Assembly (NCBI GenBank): GCA_030770535.1
Contig: JASVEC010000019.1
Span: forward strand, 434,001-498,000
Source: Batkoa obscura
Lineage: Eukaryota
DNA length: 64,000 nucleotides
Reading direction: 5' to 3'
This document shows positions 12,751-26,100 of the stretch, in pieces. The position numbers were made by a program, and so were the translations under genes. The stretch's first letter is position 1. Every line of letters starts with the position of its first letter. The notes beneath the pieces are model-generated. The model was not told the DNA's origin and made no database searches. It saw only the letters and a list, made by a program, of their open reading frames with translations.

Positions 12751-13182
12751 CAAACTGATGTTATTCTATTTAAATATAATCATTACTTATTTTATTTTAT
12801 ACACTTTTTTATATTGTTACTGTTTATTTTCGTTTTTATATATTCATAAGATCTGTCATTATTTTTTATCATTCCTTTTTTAGTTTATTGCTAATACGGT
12901 TACTATTGTTCTAAATATTCTTTTATTCTTAAAGGTTTAATTAGTAATCTTCATTTTTTTTTTCGAAAATATAAATGATCACTACTATTATTGAACAAAG
13001 AGTTATTAAAATACATTAAATAACCTAAAATGAAAAATACATGAGAAAATTAACTTATATTTCATAATATTAATCTTGATTTTTAGTTTTCATGATCCCA
13101 AATATTATAGTATATATATTATAGTCACTTCTTTGTACACAATAACTACTATACTATATACAAAAAAAATGTAAATTCACAT

Positions 13183-13277
13183 AGGAGTGTTTTTTCCTAT
13201 TTTGGTATTTTGTTCAATTCTTAAAGCCAAAATTTCAAAAAATCCTTAGTAAACTGTTAATAAAAAAAAACATTACT
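13183..13277. mobile_element. Highly decayed MITE family A-like copy
   Basis: AGGAGTGTTTTTT...TTAGTAAA...AAAAAAACAT, with the right length and residual termini. Confidence 0.4.
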
Positions 13278-15883
13278 AAAAAATTAAACTTTCGGAGTTT
13301 AAATTTTCCATAGTCAAAAAATTGTCTACTGTTAGTTATGGGATTAGCTATAGTTTCTATTACTATTTTTTGTAGTTTATTGTTAACTTTATTACTATAT
13401 TTAACTAATTTTAATTTTATTTATATCTTTAATTCATTTTATATATCAATATTATATTATTAAATAATATCTACCCAATTATGATCCAAAATAAAAATGA
13501 ACTAAATGAGCGGATAGTACCATATATATGTCATAAATTCATAGTTATTTGTGAACAATCTGTATGGTTTTTTCATTTATTACATATAATTGTTTCTATC
13601 AGTTTAGCCGAAATTTGATTTGGTTACTTACAAGTTTTATTTTTATTTTGTATCATCATTTTACTTTCTATTTAAGTTTGAATTTCAAAAATAATCAATC
13701 TTGATTTTATGTTATATAAACAAAAAGAATAAAGATATTAAAGCTAAAGTTCGTTTTACGGTAATATTATATTGTTTAATATAAATTATCTAACTAGTTT
13801 TTATTTTTTCATTTTATTGTATTACTAACAATATAATAGTTTATTCTTTTAAGATATTAAACTTAATAAATGCTATTAAATCTCTTAGTAAATGCAGATA
13901 AAATAAAAAAGAGGTAATAATAGTAACAATAACAAAAATAGAAATTAAAGTGAGGTGTTTACTTATTGAAAATGAGCTACAATAATAATGTAGTATAGAG
14001 TTGAAATGAGTAAAAATAAGGATAAAAACGGATCTACTATTTACAATGAACCTAAAAGTAACGAGTTCATAGCTTTTCCTTATTACTATTTTAGTTCATT
14101 ATTTAATGATCCTAATAAATTACTATTGTCATTTAACTTGATCTTTTTACTTTTTTATAGTTTGTCTTGTTTTATTTTTTAGATCGTGAATACTATACTA
14201 TTTAAACCTTGATACAACTGATACTTTATTCTATTTTATCTTATATTTTGAATTATATCTTTAATATATTAGTAGCTGTATGTCAATGAATTTCTTATTT
14301 TGATAAACTCATATTTTACATTTAATTTAAAATCTTGATACTAATTCATATTAAATAGACCAATCCAATATCAATAAATAAAGTACTTTAGATGTATTAA
14401 ATTAATTTTAATTACTAAACTTTAAATTGTGAAAAACAAAGTATAAGTTACAAAAATCTTGTTGTCTATTTTAAAGATAATACTAATATTTTAAATAAAA
14501 AACTCAATTCTGTTTATTTCTTATAATTTTTATATCTCATTTGATTATGAAAGTTTGAAAAACTGAGCTGTCTAGTTTAATCTTCCTCTAATGAATAATA
14601 TATATATACATGTAAACAAATACTTATAATTTGACTATAGACAGCGCCCCGTTCATTTAGTATAATATAGAATGATCCAACTATAGTTAATTCAAATGCT
14701 CGTAAAATAGCACAATACACAATAAGAATTAATACACAATAAGAATATAAATTCACACTAGTAACTACTAAATTATTTTCGATGATTTAATATTATTATC
14801 AAATGATAAATCAAAGTTGATGAAAAGAAAAGAACAGTATTTATTTATGCAAATATTACTTTTATTATATACATAAATTAAAACAAACAATGTTTGTATT
14901 TATATGTATATAACAAAGCATAGCTAAACATAGTACGAATAGCTATAAAATATCAAGAATGAATATAAAGTAACAATGAAAAATGTGGAATATAGCGAAC
15001 TTTCTAATAGTAAAGGGGGCAAATCCTTCCCTGAAACCATGATCTCATCAAATGAACTACGGTGCGTATTATTTTTATATATTTATTAATATAATAACCG
15101 TTATCATTTATATTAGTTACTTTGATTACTAATGAATAGACTTAAGCTTATTTTAATTTGCTGTTCCATCTATTATATTTAATACACTATATAGTGACGA
15201 ATACGCATATTGGATACTATAGTAATAAGTAAAAGTAAAGATGATCATATAGTCTAAATGCTTGTATATAGAGAGTCTAGGCTTATCATACAATAATAGA
15301 AATTATAATGTCAACTGAAAATATAAATATAAAAGTCAAGAGACTGATTAACTTCAATTAATCAGATAAAAATAACAATAAAAAACAAAATTTAAAAGTT
15401 CAATAATTCATATGAAACATCATTCATTTTCAATTTTGATTTATAAAAAATAAGATCAAAATTAAAAATCAGAAATAGCATTGCTTAATTTATAATAATT
15501 GGAATAAAAATAATATCTTTAGTTTTTAAGCATATATTTATAGCCATTTTGTAGTATAAATTCGTTATTATTCATTATACATCATTTATATTTAAAACTA
15601 ATAGTAAGTAAATAAATAAATCGATATTTGCTTTTTAAACTTGTATCGATTTCGGCTATGGTATCCAATCAAAAGTCAAGAATTTATGGTTGAATCTTTT
15701 ATTGCCAATCATTCGAAACATTACTTGATTTTACACCATAGTAAGTGAATTAAAATGGACAAACTAAACCAGCTGAACTTAAATTGGTAATAACACTAAT
15801 TACTTTTTAGAATTACTTAAATAAATCAATTTTTTTTTGAACTTTTTACTTTTGTAATTAGAATTTATAAACTGGAATTTAGG

Positions 15884-15890
15884 TATAAAT
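15884..15890 (+). promoter_or_regulatory. Candidate TATA box of the C2H2 gene
   Basis: TATAAAT about 70 nt upstream of ATG 15958; the paralogue at 51873 has GTATAAATA at the same spacing (~51802). Confidence 0.4.
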
Positions 15891-15957
15891 AGTGGTTCTT
15901 TCTCTCTTTATTTATTTTTTTAAAAAACAAAGAATATTAAACAAATAACATAATCGA

Positions 15958-16800
15958 ATGGAAGAATACAATAAAAAACAACTATATCAAGAAATAAACA
16001 TACAAGATCCTTATAATTATTGTTCAGCTGCAAACCTAAACAATATAACTACTAATAATGAATTATCTTACTTTGAACCCATTTTATCTTCACAATTTTA
16101 TTTACAGCACCAATCTTCTTCACTATCGCCTTCCTCTTCTGGTATAGCGCTATTACCCCCTCCAGTAATGGCTACTCATCCCCATCCTATTTATAATTAT
16201 CATTTGAACTATCACTTATTGAACTATTATGATCCAATGACTTCCACTGCTACTGCTGCAACAATGATGCCGGAATTATTATTAACAAGTAACAACATGA
16301 ATATGAACAATATGAATAACTCACTAATAATGAATAATAGTAATTCATCACCTACTTCAAGCATTATTGAAACAAGTTTATTAAATAAAGGAAGCGAAGC
16401 CAGTATAACATTAAATTCACCATCATTTTCATTTAATAAGAAAATAGCTTCTCCAGAAGCAATTAGCCCAATTAAAATGGATTTAGAGTCAACTTTGCAT
16501 AATAATGGTATTAACAATGTAAATGATAACCAGCAACAGAGTAATTCTAAGACTAAAATAACACGCAATAAACGTAAATGTACTAAACCGGTTTGTGATT
16601 TACCATTTGATTGCCCTAAACCAGGATGTAATAAAACATTTAAAAGATCAGAACATCTCAAAAGACATTTGAATTCAGTACACAACCCTATAAAATCATT
16701 TATTTGTTCATATATTGATTGTGGAAAAGCATTCTCAAGATCAGATAATCTTAATCAACACATACGTACCCATATAAGGAAAATGGTAGCTAAAAAATAA
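15958..16800 (+). CDS. Msn2/Msn4-like C2H2 zinc-finger transcription factor
   Basis: Fingers [24 protein letters not shown] and [23 protein letters not shown], with a low-complexity N-terminus. Confidence 0.88.
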   Translation: MEEYNKKQLYQEINIQDPYNYCSAANLNNITTNNELSYFEPILSSQFYLQHQSSSLSPSSSGIALLPPPVMATHPHPIYNYHLNYHLLNYYDPMTSTATAATMMPELLLTSNNMNMNNMNNSLIMNNSNSSPTSSIIETSLLNKGSEASITLNSPSFSFNKKIASPEAISPIKMDLESTLHNNGINNVNDNQQQSNSKTKITRNKRKCTKPVCDLPFDCPKPGCNKTFKRSEHLKRHLNSVHNPIKSFICSYIDCGKAFSRSDNLNQHIRTHIRKMVAKK

Positions 16801-18996
16801 GTTATTGCTTTTTGATATTATGATTTGACGTTGTAAGTTTCTGAGAAATATCAGATTTTTTATCTTCTGTAGCATTTTATATTTTTTAGTATGATCATAT
16901 CTTTTATTATTATTTATAATAATTCATTATGAAAAACAAAATTAATTGAAAATATTATAATAATAGTTTCAATTTCAATTATTTAAGTTTTACTATTCAT
17001 TTTTTCTTAAAGTTTATATTGTAATATCCCATCATTCTTCTTATATCCACCTAACCTGTTTATGTATCTTAATCACATTTTTTAATTTTATTTAAATAAA
17101 TTTTGTAATATTTAAACAATTTCCCTCAACCCCTTTTCCATTCCTATTTTTGATTTTAATTCTCCTTTTTATTATTATTATTATTATTTTAAAACATCTT
17201 ATTCTTCCTTGTTATTGTAATGTTATATAAATGTTAACTGCATACAAAAGGTTTATCTCAAACCTTGATAATAATTGTTAATGTTAATTACTTAGTAATA
17301 CTACCTTATCTTTATTCTTACTATGGTTTTAATTTTTCTCTAAATATCCACAAACCCGTAAAAGATTATAGTTCCAAAATTTATTATAAAACAGAACATC
17401 AAAAAAGAGTTGAATAATTGTTATGAATAGTAATGTAAAGGGAGAAAAGGGGAGTTATCTTATACATAGCCACGAGGACCAAATTAATGGATTTGTTAGA
17501 TTTTATCGAAGCGCTTAATAATTTAACTTTACTTTAATGTAACCTAAAGATGTTCGCTCACAATCATCTTTGTACTACTATTCCTACCTTAACATAAAAC
17601 TCTGTCGTTTTATTGATTAATGAAGGTAAAAGAACTTGATGCTATTAATATAATTTTAAAAAAGTTATATTTTTAAATAACAAATATAAGTTATTATTAA
17701 AACCATTGCAAATTTATTTAATTTTCGCTTTATTTTAACTTTAATCATCTTTTTTACTTGGCTCATTTTTTTAAAGTAAAAGCTTCTAACCAGTAAAGGA
17801 TAACCCCTAAATGTAATCAATCAACTTAGAATCTTCTTACTTAATAAAATAAAGTCATTAATTATAATATATATATATAATTAACTATAAGAGCAATAAA
17901 AGAACCATTCTTATTAATATAAACTATTGCTATTAATAAATAAAAGCATCATAATTTCATAAAGTCCCAGAATAAAATGAACAAAATAAAGATATAGATA
18001 GGACGGTTTTCTATAAATAAAAATGCAGACTCTATTGATTCCAAAATATAATTCTTAATATAAGTTCGGTATTGTGGTTCTTGTATGGTTTATAATCTAG
18101 AATTTATGCTATAATCAATGACCTCAAATACTTTAAAGTTTATTTAAATTTACTATTTTAATTTTTATTATTTTTTTATCATTTATTTCCTATCATAATC
18201 TATAATCCACCCTATTTTGATAATAAGTTAAGTATTTAAATTCTTTTTACGAATGGTATTAGAAATAAGCGATAGTAAATTAATAACCTTAATTATTGCG
18301 TATTAGATAGAATATTTGATACATTGTAACGTTATGCTAAAATGGTCAAATCTTTAATATTATGTTAAAAAGGAATATACCGCTATCTGGAATTTAAAAG
18401 GAAAAAAGTAACTAAAATATTAATAAATTTACTTAATAGGTTCATTTTTGAGCGATCTTAAGCTTAAAACAGCTTTTATATACATCAGTTTTTTAAACTT
18501 TAATTCATGATAAATCCATATGATACTTTTTCTATATTTTATATTTATACATCTGCCTCATTTCTATCTTATAACTCCAATAACATATTACATAATACGA
18601 ATTTATTTAAAATTATTCTAAAAAGCATCTCGAAATTTAGCCTCATAACCGTATCTTATTTTTTATAGTACCACATCATTTTGCTAAAGTAGATTGTATG
18701 TATTTTATATTGCCTTTTTTTATTATGAAAACATTATGTAAAGATTATTATTTTATTATTTAAAAGGTTGAGATAGCTTCCTGATAAAATTAAATGAAAC
18801 ATTTTAAATATGGTGGACCTATAAATTTTATTTTTATGTTAAATTGATTTGAAAATTGAAAATAAAATATAAGTGAATTATAATACTATTAAATTTTATA
18901 GATAATTCATTAGAATACTGGATTGAAAAATACAACAATTACAGGTTAATATTATGATTTTCAGAATTCAAGTACTATAATTTTTAAACTACATAT

Positions 18997-19088
18997 GGGG
19001 ATGTATTTTCGTGTTTAAGAATTTTACTAACAAATTTTCCGCTCAAATAGCACCTAAAAGTTGGAAAATGATAAAATAAAATACCCTC
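18997..19088. mobile_element. MITE family A copy
   Basis: ATAT-GGGGATGTATTTT...AAATACCCTC-ATAT. Confidence 0.85.
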
Positions 19089-19136
19089 ATATTTTATTAA
19101 AGAAAATTTATCTAATAATTCAAATTTAAAAAGTAT

Positions 19137-19232
19137 GGGGATGTATTTTTGTGTAAGAGTTTTACTAACAAATTTTCCGCTTAAATAGCACTTAAAAAAT
19201 GAAAAAAGTAATGAAGTCAAAAAAACATCCCC
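19137..19232. mobile_element. MITE family A copy
   Basis: GTAT-GGGGATGTATTTTT...AAAAACATCCCC-ATAT. Confidence 0.88.
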
Positions 19233-19426
19233 ATATTTTGTTTTGAAGTTAATAAATTTATATACTTTATACGCTTTTTTGATAATAATTATTACTATTA
19301 TTTTAATAAGCGGTTTATCAGATTCAATATCTTAAATTATATTTATTTTTATTTCTTTGACATCAGCTGAATATAAGCTCCATCAATGAATTACGATACT
19401 TTACACCTCAAACATTTCTACTATAT

Positions 19427-19521
19427 GAGAGTGTTTTTTGACTTCTATTTTTTCTACTTTTTAAGCGCTATTTAAGCGGAAAATTTGTTAGTAGGATTCT
19501 TAAACACAAAAATACATCCTC
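19427..19521. mobile_element. MITE family A copy (opposite orientation to the previous two)
   Basis: ATAT-GAGAGTGTTTTTTGACTTC...AAATACATCCTC-ATAT. Confidence 0.85.
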
Positions 19522-20376
19522 ATATTTTTATTATCTACAAAACATAATTTAAGATCAAACCACATATGATAGCGTCGATTTATAGTATATCATCTTTACT
19601 TTCAACAATCTTAAGCACACAATTAGCAGAATCTGATAAAATAAAAACAACTGACGGGTATAGTCTGATAAAAGGAGATGGAGTTATATGGAGGGTTACA
19701 ACCAACTTTGACCCAGCGCTCTTTTCTGTATTTATATTACTAGTATTTAGACTATGATTAATCGTTATTTGGAATTAAAAAAGAGAGTATTAAAAAAGAG
19801 AGGAGCAAATAATGTAGTAACAGTTCGAGAACAAAGTATAGGGTATTCACTAGACTACCTAACTATACATTGCTAGTATTAGCGAGTTATATGTTTTCTA
19901 TGATTGGATTTATTTTTGTAATTTTTAAAACTAAAATAAGTAAATCAGCAATCATAACTATCTGGAATATCCGAGCTTCTTTTTCTAGGTTACCAAGCTT
20001 TTAAAATTATTGCTATACCTTACAAATAACACATTTTTAAGAGAAGTTAACTAAACAATAGAGTTACACAGCAGCAGCCCATTTTTTTAAAAAACTTAGA
20101 TAATCCAATTTTTTAATACAGTAATAATTCTTAAGAGGGACCTTTAAACTAATGATACGATTATTTCCGTATTTGAATATTAGAACTTTATTTTTATTTT
20201 TGATTACATAAGATAATAATATGGGTTCAAAAATGTTGAAAGTACTGCTAAGGTCCCTGAGAACTTTATAATCATAACTGAAGCATTTAAATGTTATTTC
20301 GAATAATACTAGTTTAGCTGCTTAATAAAGTTTAACTATAGACATTAAATATCTGTAGCTATTGCTTTTATTCCAT

Positions 20377-21810
20377 TTATTTTAAAATGTTTCTGATAAA
20401 TTCAAGAACTTTTCTCTTTGCTTCTGCAATATATTGTGTGTCACTTGAATCTGGATAAGCTATATCAGCACAATGCGCAGCTCCTTTGATGATTATAGAT
20501 TGTAATTTATCTGTTGAATTAGTAACAGAAAGTGGGGTCCATGGATCAAGCTCCCCATTAACAAACAACAATCGGTCAAACTTAATGCTTTTACCTTTGT
20601 ATTTTTTATTGGTTTCATTAATGTTTGGATATGCAGGCCCTTTGGGTCCAAAAACGGCACTACAAATTGATTCACGATTAAAAGCAACATCAAAAAGCCG
20701 AGATTTTAATGAAGGAAAGTTTTTTGGAGGTGCAACTTGCCAGTAACCGAATTCATTACAAGATTGATAAAACCATTGACGCGTAGATTCATTGGGGCCA
20801 AGTTGATGAGTAGAATTGTAACGCGAAAAGTCAGTAAAGCTTTTACATGTATTCTTTCCAAGGCTTTTTTTGAAATTTGAAGCAAAATCATCTAATTTTT
20901 CGGCACCCGATCCCTTTAAATATAATGATTTACAATGATTGGCAATATTAATATTGGTGTTATTACTATCCTGAACTATACCACCAATTTGGCCTAAACT
21001 ACTAACAAAATATCTATTATCAACATCTGCACAATTAAATTTTTCCTTTAAACTCTTAATTTTAACTTCATCACCACTAAACAGCACATGATCAATTGCT
21101 TTAATGTTTTCAATGTAATAATTCAAGCAGTCTTGTCCACCATTTACAACAATTGATTTTTGAACTTGTAAATCATATTCATAAAAGTTTTCTTTCGCTT
21201 CAACTGGTGCGGAGGATGCAATTGCTCCATAAAAAATGTTTGGATATATAGAGCGTGCCCAAGCAGCAATATTTCCTGCATAACTTCCACCACCAATTAT
21301 CCATTTAGTATTAAGGCTATTAGTCCGATTGGTATTCGATTGTGGCAATGTAATATTTAAAACAAAGGTAGCCAAATCACCGATAGCCAAATCAGAAGTA
21401 AGGTATTTCAAACTTTCAAGGCTTAAATCAGGTTTAGGTTGAGATTGTCCATAAAACCGATGTTCTAGAGCATACACAACTCCATTGTGTTCTTCAGCTG
21501 CTTTAGCTAAAAGTGAATATTGTGCCCAGCTACCATCAAGTTCATCTTCGCCACTTATATAAAGAAAAGCAGGCCCGCCTGGTTGATAATATTGATCATT
21601 TACAAAATAACGTTGCTTCCAAAACTTTCTGCTATCTGGGCCACCATCATGGGTTAAAGATTGATTAAACCATCGTTCCGTTGAACCTCCACTCCTAAAA
21701 ACTTTGAACTTCTTTAATACACCGTTATCTACTTTTAACAATCCACCGTAATATGGCTCAGCCATTACGGATAAAAACATTATTGAAATTTGAAATAATC
21801 TAAAATTCAT
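20377..21810 (-). CDS. Secreted serine peptidase family S28, intronless
   Basis: Likely ATG at 21810 (MNFRLFQISIMFLSVMA, signal-peptide-like). Motifs WFNQ, WKQRYF, LEHRFYGQS, GGSYAG, NGELDPW, GAAHCAD. Confidence 0.93.
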   Translation of the reverse strand: MNFRLFQISIMFLSVMAEPYYGGLLKVDNGVLKKFKVFRSGGSTERWFNQSLTHDGGPDSRKFWKQRYFVNDQYYQPGGPAFLYISGEDELDGSWAQYSLLAKAAEEHNGVVYALEHRFYGQSQPKPDLSLESLKYLTSDLAIGDLATFVLNITLPQSNTNRTNSLNTKWIIGGGSYAGNIAAWARSIYPNIFYGAIASSAPVEAKENFYEYDLQVQKSIVVNGGQDCLNYYIENIKAIDHVLFSGDEVKIKSLKEKFNCADVDNRYFVSSLGQIGGIVQDSNNTNINIANHCKSLYLKGSGAEKLDDFASNFKKSLGKNTCKSFTDFSRYNSTHQLGPNESTRQWFYQSCNEFGYWQVAPPKNFPSLKSRLFDVAFNRESICSAVFGPKGPAYPNINETNKKYKGKSIKFDRLLFVNGELDPWTPLSVTNSTDKLQSIIIKGAAHCADIAYPDSSDTQYIAEAKRKVLEFIRNILK

Positions 21811-22363
21811 CTTTGTAAATGTTTTTTTACACTCAATTTGTCTTAAATACTTTTTCATTTTAACATAGTTACTTAATGTTATATTATCAATGACAATTAA
21901 TGCTTTGAAATCTCTAAATAAAGCAATTTAGCTAACATGTTGAAATAAATGTTCTTGAAATAAATTATTAGCTATATTGTTGTAATATATTTACATCACA
22001 TAAAGATTGGAAAAAGTGGTTATTTGCTATAATCAAATTTCACAAAGTCAGGATAGTTTAACTGGATTATTTTTACCAAATATTCAAGAAATTCTATCAA
22101 TCAAATAGTTTTTATATAACTTAATTATATTCATTAACTATAAAGCAACCATGATATTTCAATTTTTACTCTCATTATGCCATCCGAACCAAATTTGTTT
22201 AATATAGTAAATTATGAAACTATAAACAAATATATTGAAATATTCTATAATAGCATTAATATAATAAAAGTTATGCTTTTAACTGTACTTTGTTTTAACT
22301 AATCTTGTTTTTCCATTTAATATTATTCAACTAATTAAAATAAATTTTATCATTATTAACACT

Positions 22364-22458
22364 GGGGATGTATTTTGTGTTTAAGAATTTACTAATAAAT
22401 TTTCCGCTTAAATAGCACTTAAAAAATGGAAAAAATAATGAAGCCAAAAAAACACCCC
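22364..22458. mobile_element. MITE family A copy
   Basis: GGGGATGTATTTTGTGTTTAAG...AAAAACACCCC. Confidence 0.85.
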
Positions 22459-23173
22459 ATTACTTTTATCCTAATACTTGGAATTTTATTTAAGCGTTTG
22501 TGACTTTTCTGCCATTATTAATAAACTATACTAGAATTGTTGAAAAAATACTATACTAGGACCTATTATTTATTATATTATTCAAACAAACATCAATATG
22601 CAAAAAGGTTTTCGGAATTAATAGGTTATTAGGCAATGGTCAATGAAGTCGATATAATTTTTTAAGTCTTTTCGGAATTCTTGGTAGTGCAAGAAACTTT
22701 ACAGTATTTTTAACACCACATTTATCTTAGGAGAGAAATATGAGCAAATCATCAAAATATTGCAATGATACTTTGGATAAAAGTAAACAAAATGTAAACT
22801 TAGTAGCGTAAATCAAAATGGTTATGGTCAAAATATAATAAACCTCTTTATAGATTAGCTTTCTTATTTGTTCGTTTTTGTTTTGAATTATTGAAGAAAA
22901 ATTTTACACTAATTTGTTTAAATTACTTGATAAACTTGATAAGTTAAAAATACTAAATTTTGAACCAAATTGCTTGTTATCCCTATTCAATATTCTAATT
23001 CAGTAAATCTTTTTGATAATCTATTACTAAAATAAAATTATGTTGCAAGTTATTATTATAGTATTAGTTTATAAATTTATACTTAACTATTAAGCCAAAA
23101 AACAAAAGAAATTTATAAGTTAAAAAAATATGTTATTATTTATTAATAAAATTATAAACCAGTAAACAAGCTT

Positions 23174-26100
23174 CTATTCCTCCTCTTTAGTCAATTGTTG
23201 CTGCGTAACTAAAGAATAATAATATCCTTTTAGTTCTAACAATTCTTCGTGAGTGCCCATTTCAACCATTTTACCTAACTTCATTACTACAATACAATCA
23301 CAATCTTGTACTGTAGAAAGACGATGAGCAATAGTAATCGTTGTTCTACCTTCTGCAGCTTTATCCAATGCAACTTGGACTACTTTTTCAGAATCAGAAT
23401 CTAAAGCTGAGGTAGCTTCGTCTAATAACAACAACTTAGGATTCAAGAGTACAGCTCTAGCAATAGCAATTCTTTGTTTTTGGCCACCAGATAATTTACC
23501 ACCACGTTCACCAACTCTAGTATCATAACCTTCAGGTTGTTCCAAAATAAAGTTATGAGCATTTGCCATCTTAGCAGCATTGACAATTTCTTCTTCACTT
23601 GCATCAGGTCTACCATAAGCTATATTTTCTCTAATAGTTAAATCAAATAAGACTGGCTCTTGTCCTACTATGGCCATACCAGATCTCAAATAAGGCAAAT
23701 TCCATTCTTTAATATTAGTTCCTTCTACATGTAATGAACCAGAGTTCAAGTCATAGAATCGCTGAGCTAGTCCAATGACAGTAGATTTTCCAGAACCTGA
23801 GGCACCTACTAAAGCCACCTTCTTTCCAGCTAAAATGGAAAGATCTAAACCTTGAAGGATAGGAGCATCTGGACGAGTAGGATAAGAAAACCTGGCATCC
23901 TTTAATTCTAAGTTACCCAACAATTTAGCTGGACGAGTACCATAATCTTCACTACAACTGATAGCTGGTTGACGATCTAACAATTCAAAGAGATCGATGG
24001 CTGCTACTTTTGACTTAACAAAGGTAGTTAGTTGAGAAGAAGATTGTCCTAAGGCAATACCAGTAAATAATACAGCAGTGATAACTTGGAACATTTGTGT
24101 GAAATCATATTCACCAGAAGCAACTAAAGTAGTACCATACCAGAAAGCTAAAGCATTGATCAAGAAAGGAGAACCCATAGATAATGAATAACCAAATGAG
24201 GCTTTAATGGCACCACTTAAGGCAGACTTATGGGCTACATTAACACGAGTAATATAGTCATCAAAGAATATATTTTCCTTTGTTAACCCAGCAATAGTAC
24301 GAATGTTAACAATAGATTCACTAGCAATTTGAGATACTAATTCGTAACTCTTTTTGGTTTTAATACTTACATTAGTAAGTATACGCATCTGCAGTACATT
24401 GGCTAAAGCAATGACAGGTACACAGGCCAAAACAACTAAAGTTAACTTCCAACCATTAGCAAAAGCGATACCTAAACCAACGCACATAGTTGAAATAGCC
24501 ATGATGATAGGGCCTGTTACTTTGGAAATCAAGCCTTGGATTTGTTCAGCCTCAGTAGAAAGTTTAGAAGACAGGATACCAACACTATTAATTGGATTAT
24601 CAAAATAAGCAATTTCTTGATTCAGTAAAGTTTTGAATGAATTTAAACGGATATCATAAGTTATGGATTCACCTACATGTTCTAAAGCCCCAATTCTTGC
24701 ATTGATAGCAAAGAATGAGATAACGCCTAAAACAACAAACATTAAAGCCCAAAAGTTAGAATCACTAACACCAATATCGTGAAATCCAGGTTTCTTGATA
24801 TCAATAAAAGATTTAGATACTCTAGTAAGGATCAAAGAATAAATAGGCATAATAGCGCCGTCAATTAAAGCACCAACCAATCCTAAAAATACTAATCCTG
24901 CCCATGGAGTAGCCATTTTGAATACTCGAAGAATAGGTAATGGTTCTTTCTTTAATTTTTCTTCCCTTAATTTTTGGACATCTTTAATTGTACTCTTACG
25001 AGTTATTGCTTTGATAATACCAGTATCTTCAATTTCACCTAATTCATTATCTTCACTACCATCAATATCAATGGCGATATCACCATGTTCGTTTTGTACT
25101 ACTAAAGATTTCTTCTTAGTAACGGGTACTACATCCATTCCTTTATCACTACCATTATCCTTTTTATCCTCTGTACGAATCTTTTGAGATTCTACTAGTC
25201 CAGCATAGATACCACCTCTGTTTAATAATTCATCATGACTGCCTTCTTCTGCAATATGCCCATGATCAAATACTACAATTTTATCAGCATTTTTGATTGT
25301 TGATAAACGATGAGCAATTACAACCGTTGTACGGCTTTTAGATGCATTATCAATAGCAGTTTGTACTAATTTTTCAGATTCAGAATCAAGAGCAGAGGTA
25401 GCTTCATCTAATAGTAATATCTTTGGGTTTTTAATCAAAGCACGAGCAATAGCAATACGTTGTTTTTGACCACCAGATAATAAGGAACCTTTTTCACCTA
25501 CTTGCGTATCATAACCTTTAGGTAAGCTCATAATAAACTCATGAATATTTGATAGTTTACATGCATCTTCGATTCTTTTTTGTAAAGAGCTATCTATATT
25601 AACATTGTACTCATGATTAGGTAAACCAAATAAAATATTTTGCTTAATTGTAGTAGCAAATAAAATAGGCTCTTGACCAACAATACCAATATGACTTCTT
25701 AAAAATTCGATACTGACATCTTTTACATTAATACCATCAATAGTAACTGACCCTCCATTGACATCATAAAAGCGTTCAATTAAACCAACTGTAGTACTTT
25801 TGCCAGATCCAGAAGGTCCAACCAAAGCTACAGTAGTACCAGAATCGATATTTAAGTTAATTCCCTTTAAGATTTCAATATCTGGTCTACTTGGATAAGA
25901 AAACCGGGTATCATTGAACTTGATATTACCAGTAAAATCCCCTACTTTTTGTTGTAAACTCTTCATCTCTTCAGTGCATGTAAATGGGTTAATTAAAGAT
26001 TCCCTCTCAATTACTTGGAATAACTTGGCAGCTGCACCTTGAGCAGTTGCAAGAGCAGTTAAAGAAGGAGCAGCTTGACCAATAGACATAGCTCCAATCA

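Noticed and set aside
18984..19220. 78-aa ORF with an internal repeat (also the 40026-40226 ORF)
   Set aside because: Chance translation through MITE copies.
18997..19521. Clustered ~100-bp repeats resembling a CRISPR-like array
   Set aside because: Eukaryotic context, irregular spacing, mixed orientation and terminal inverted repeats show these are MITE copies.
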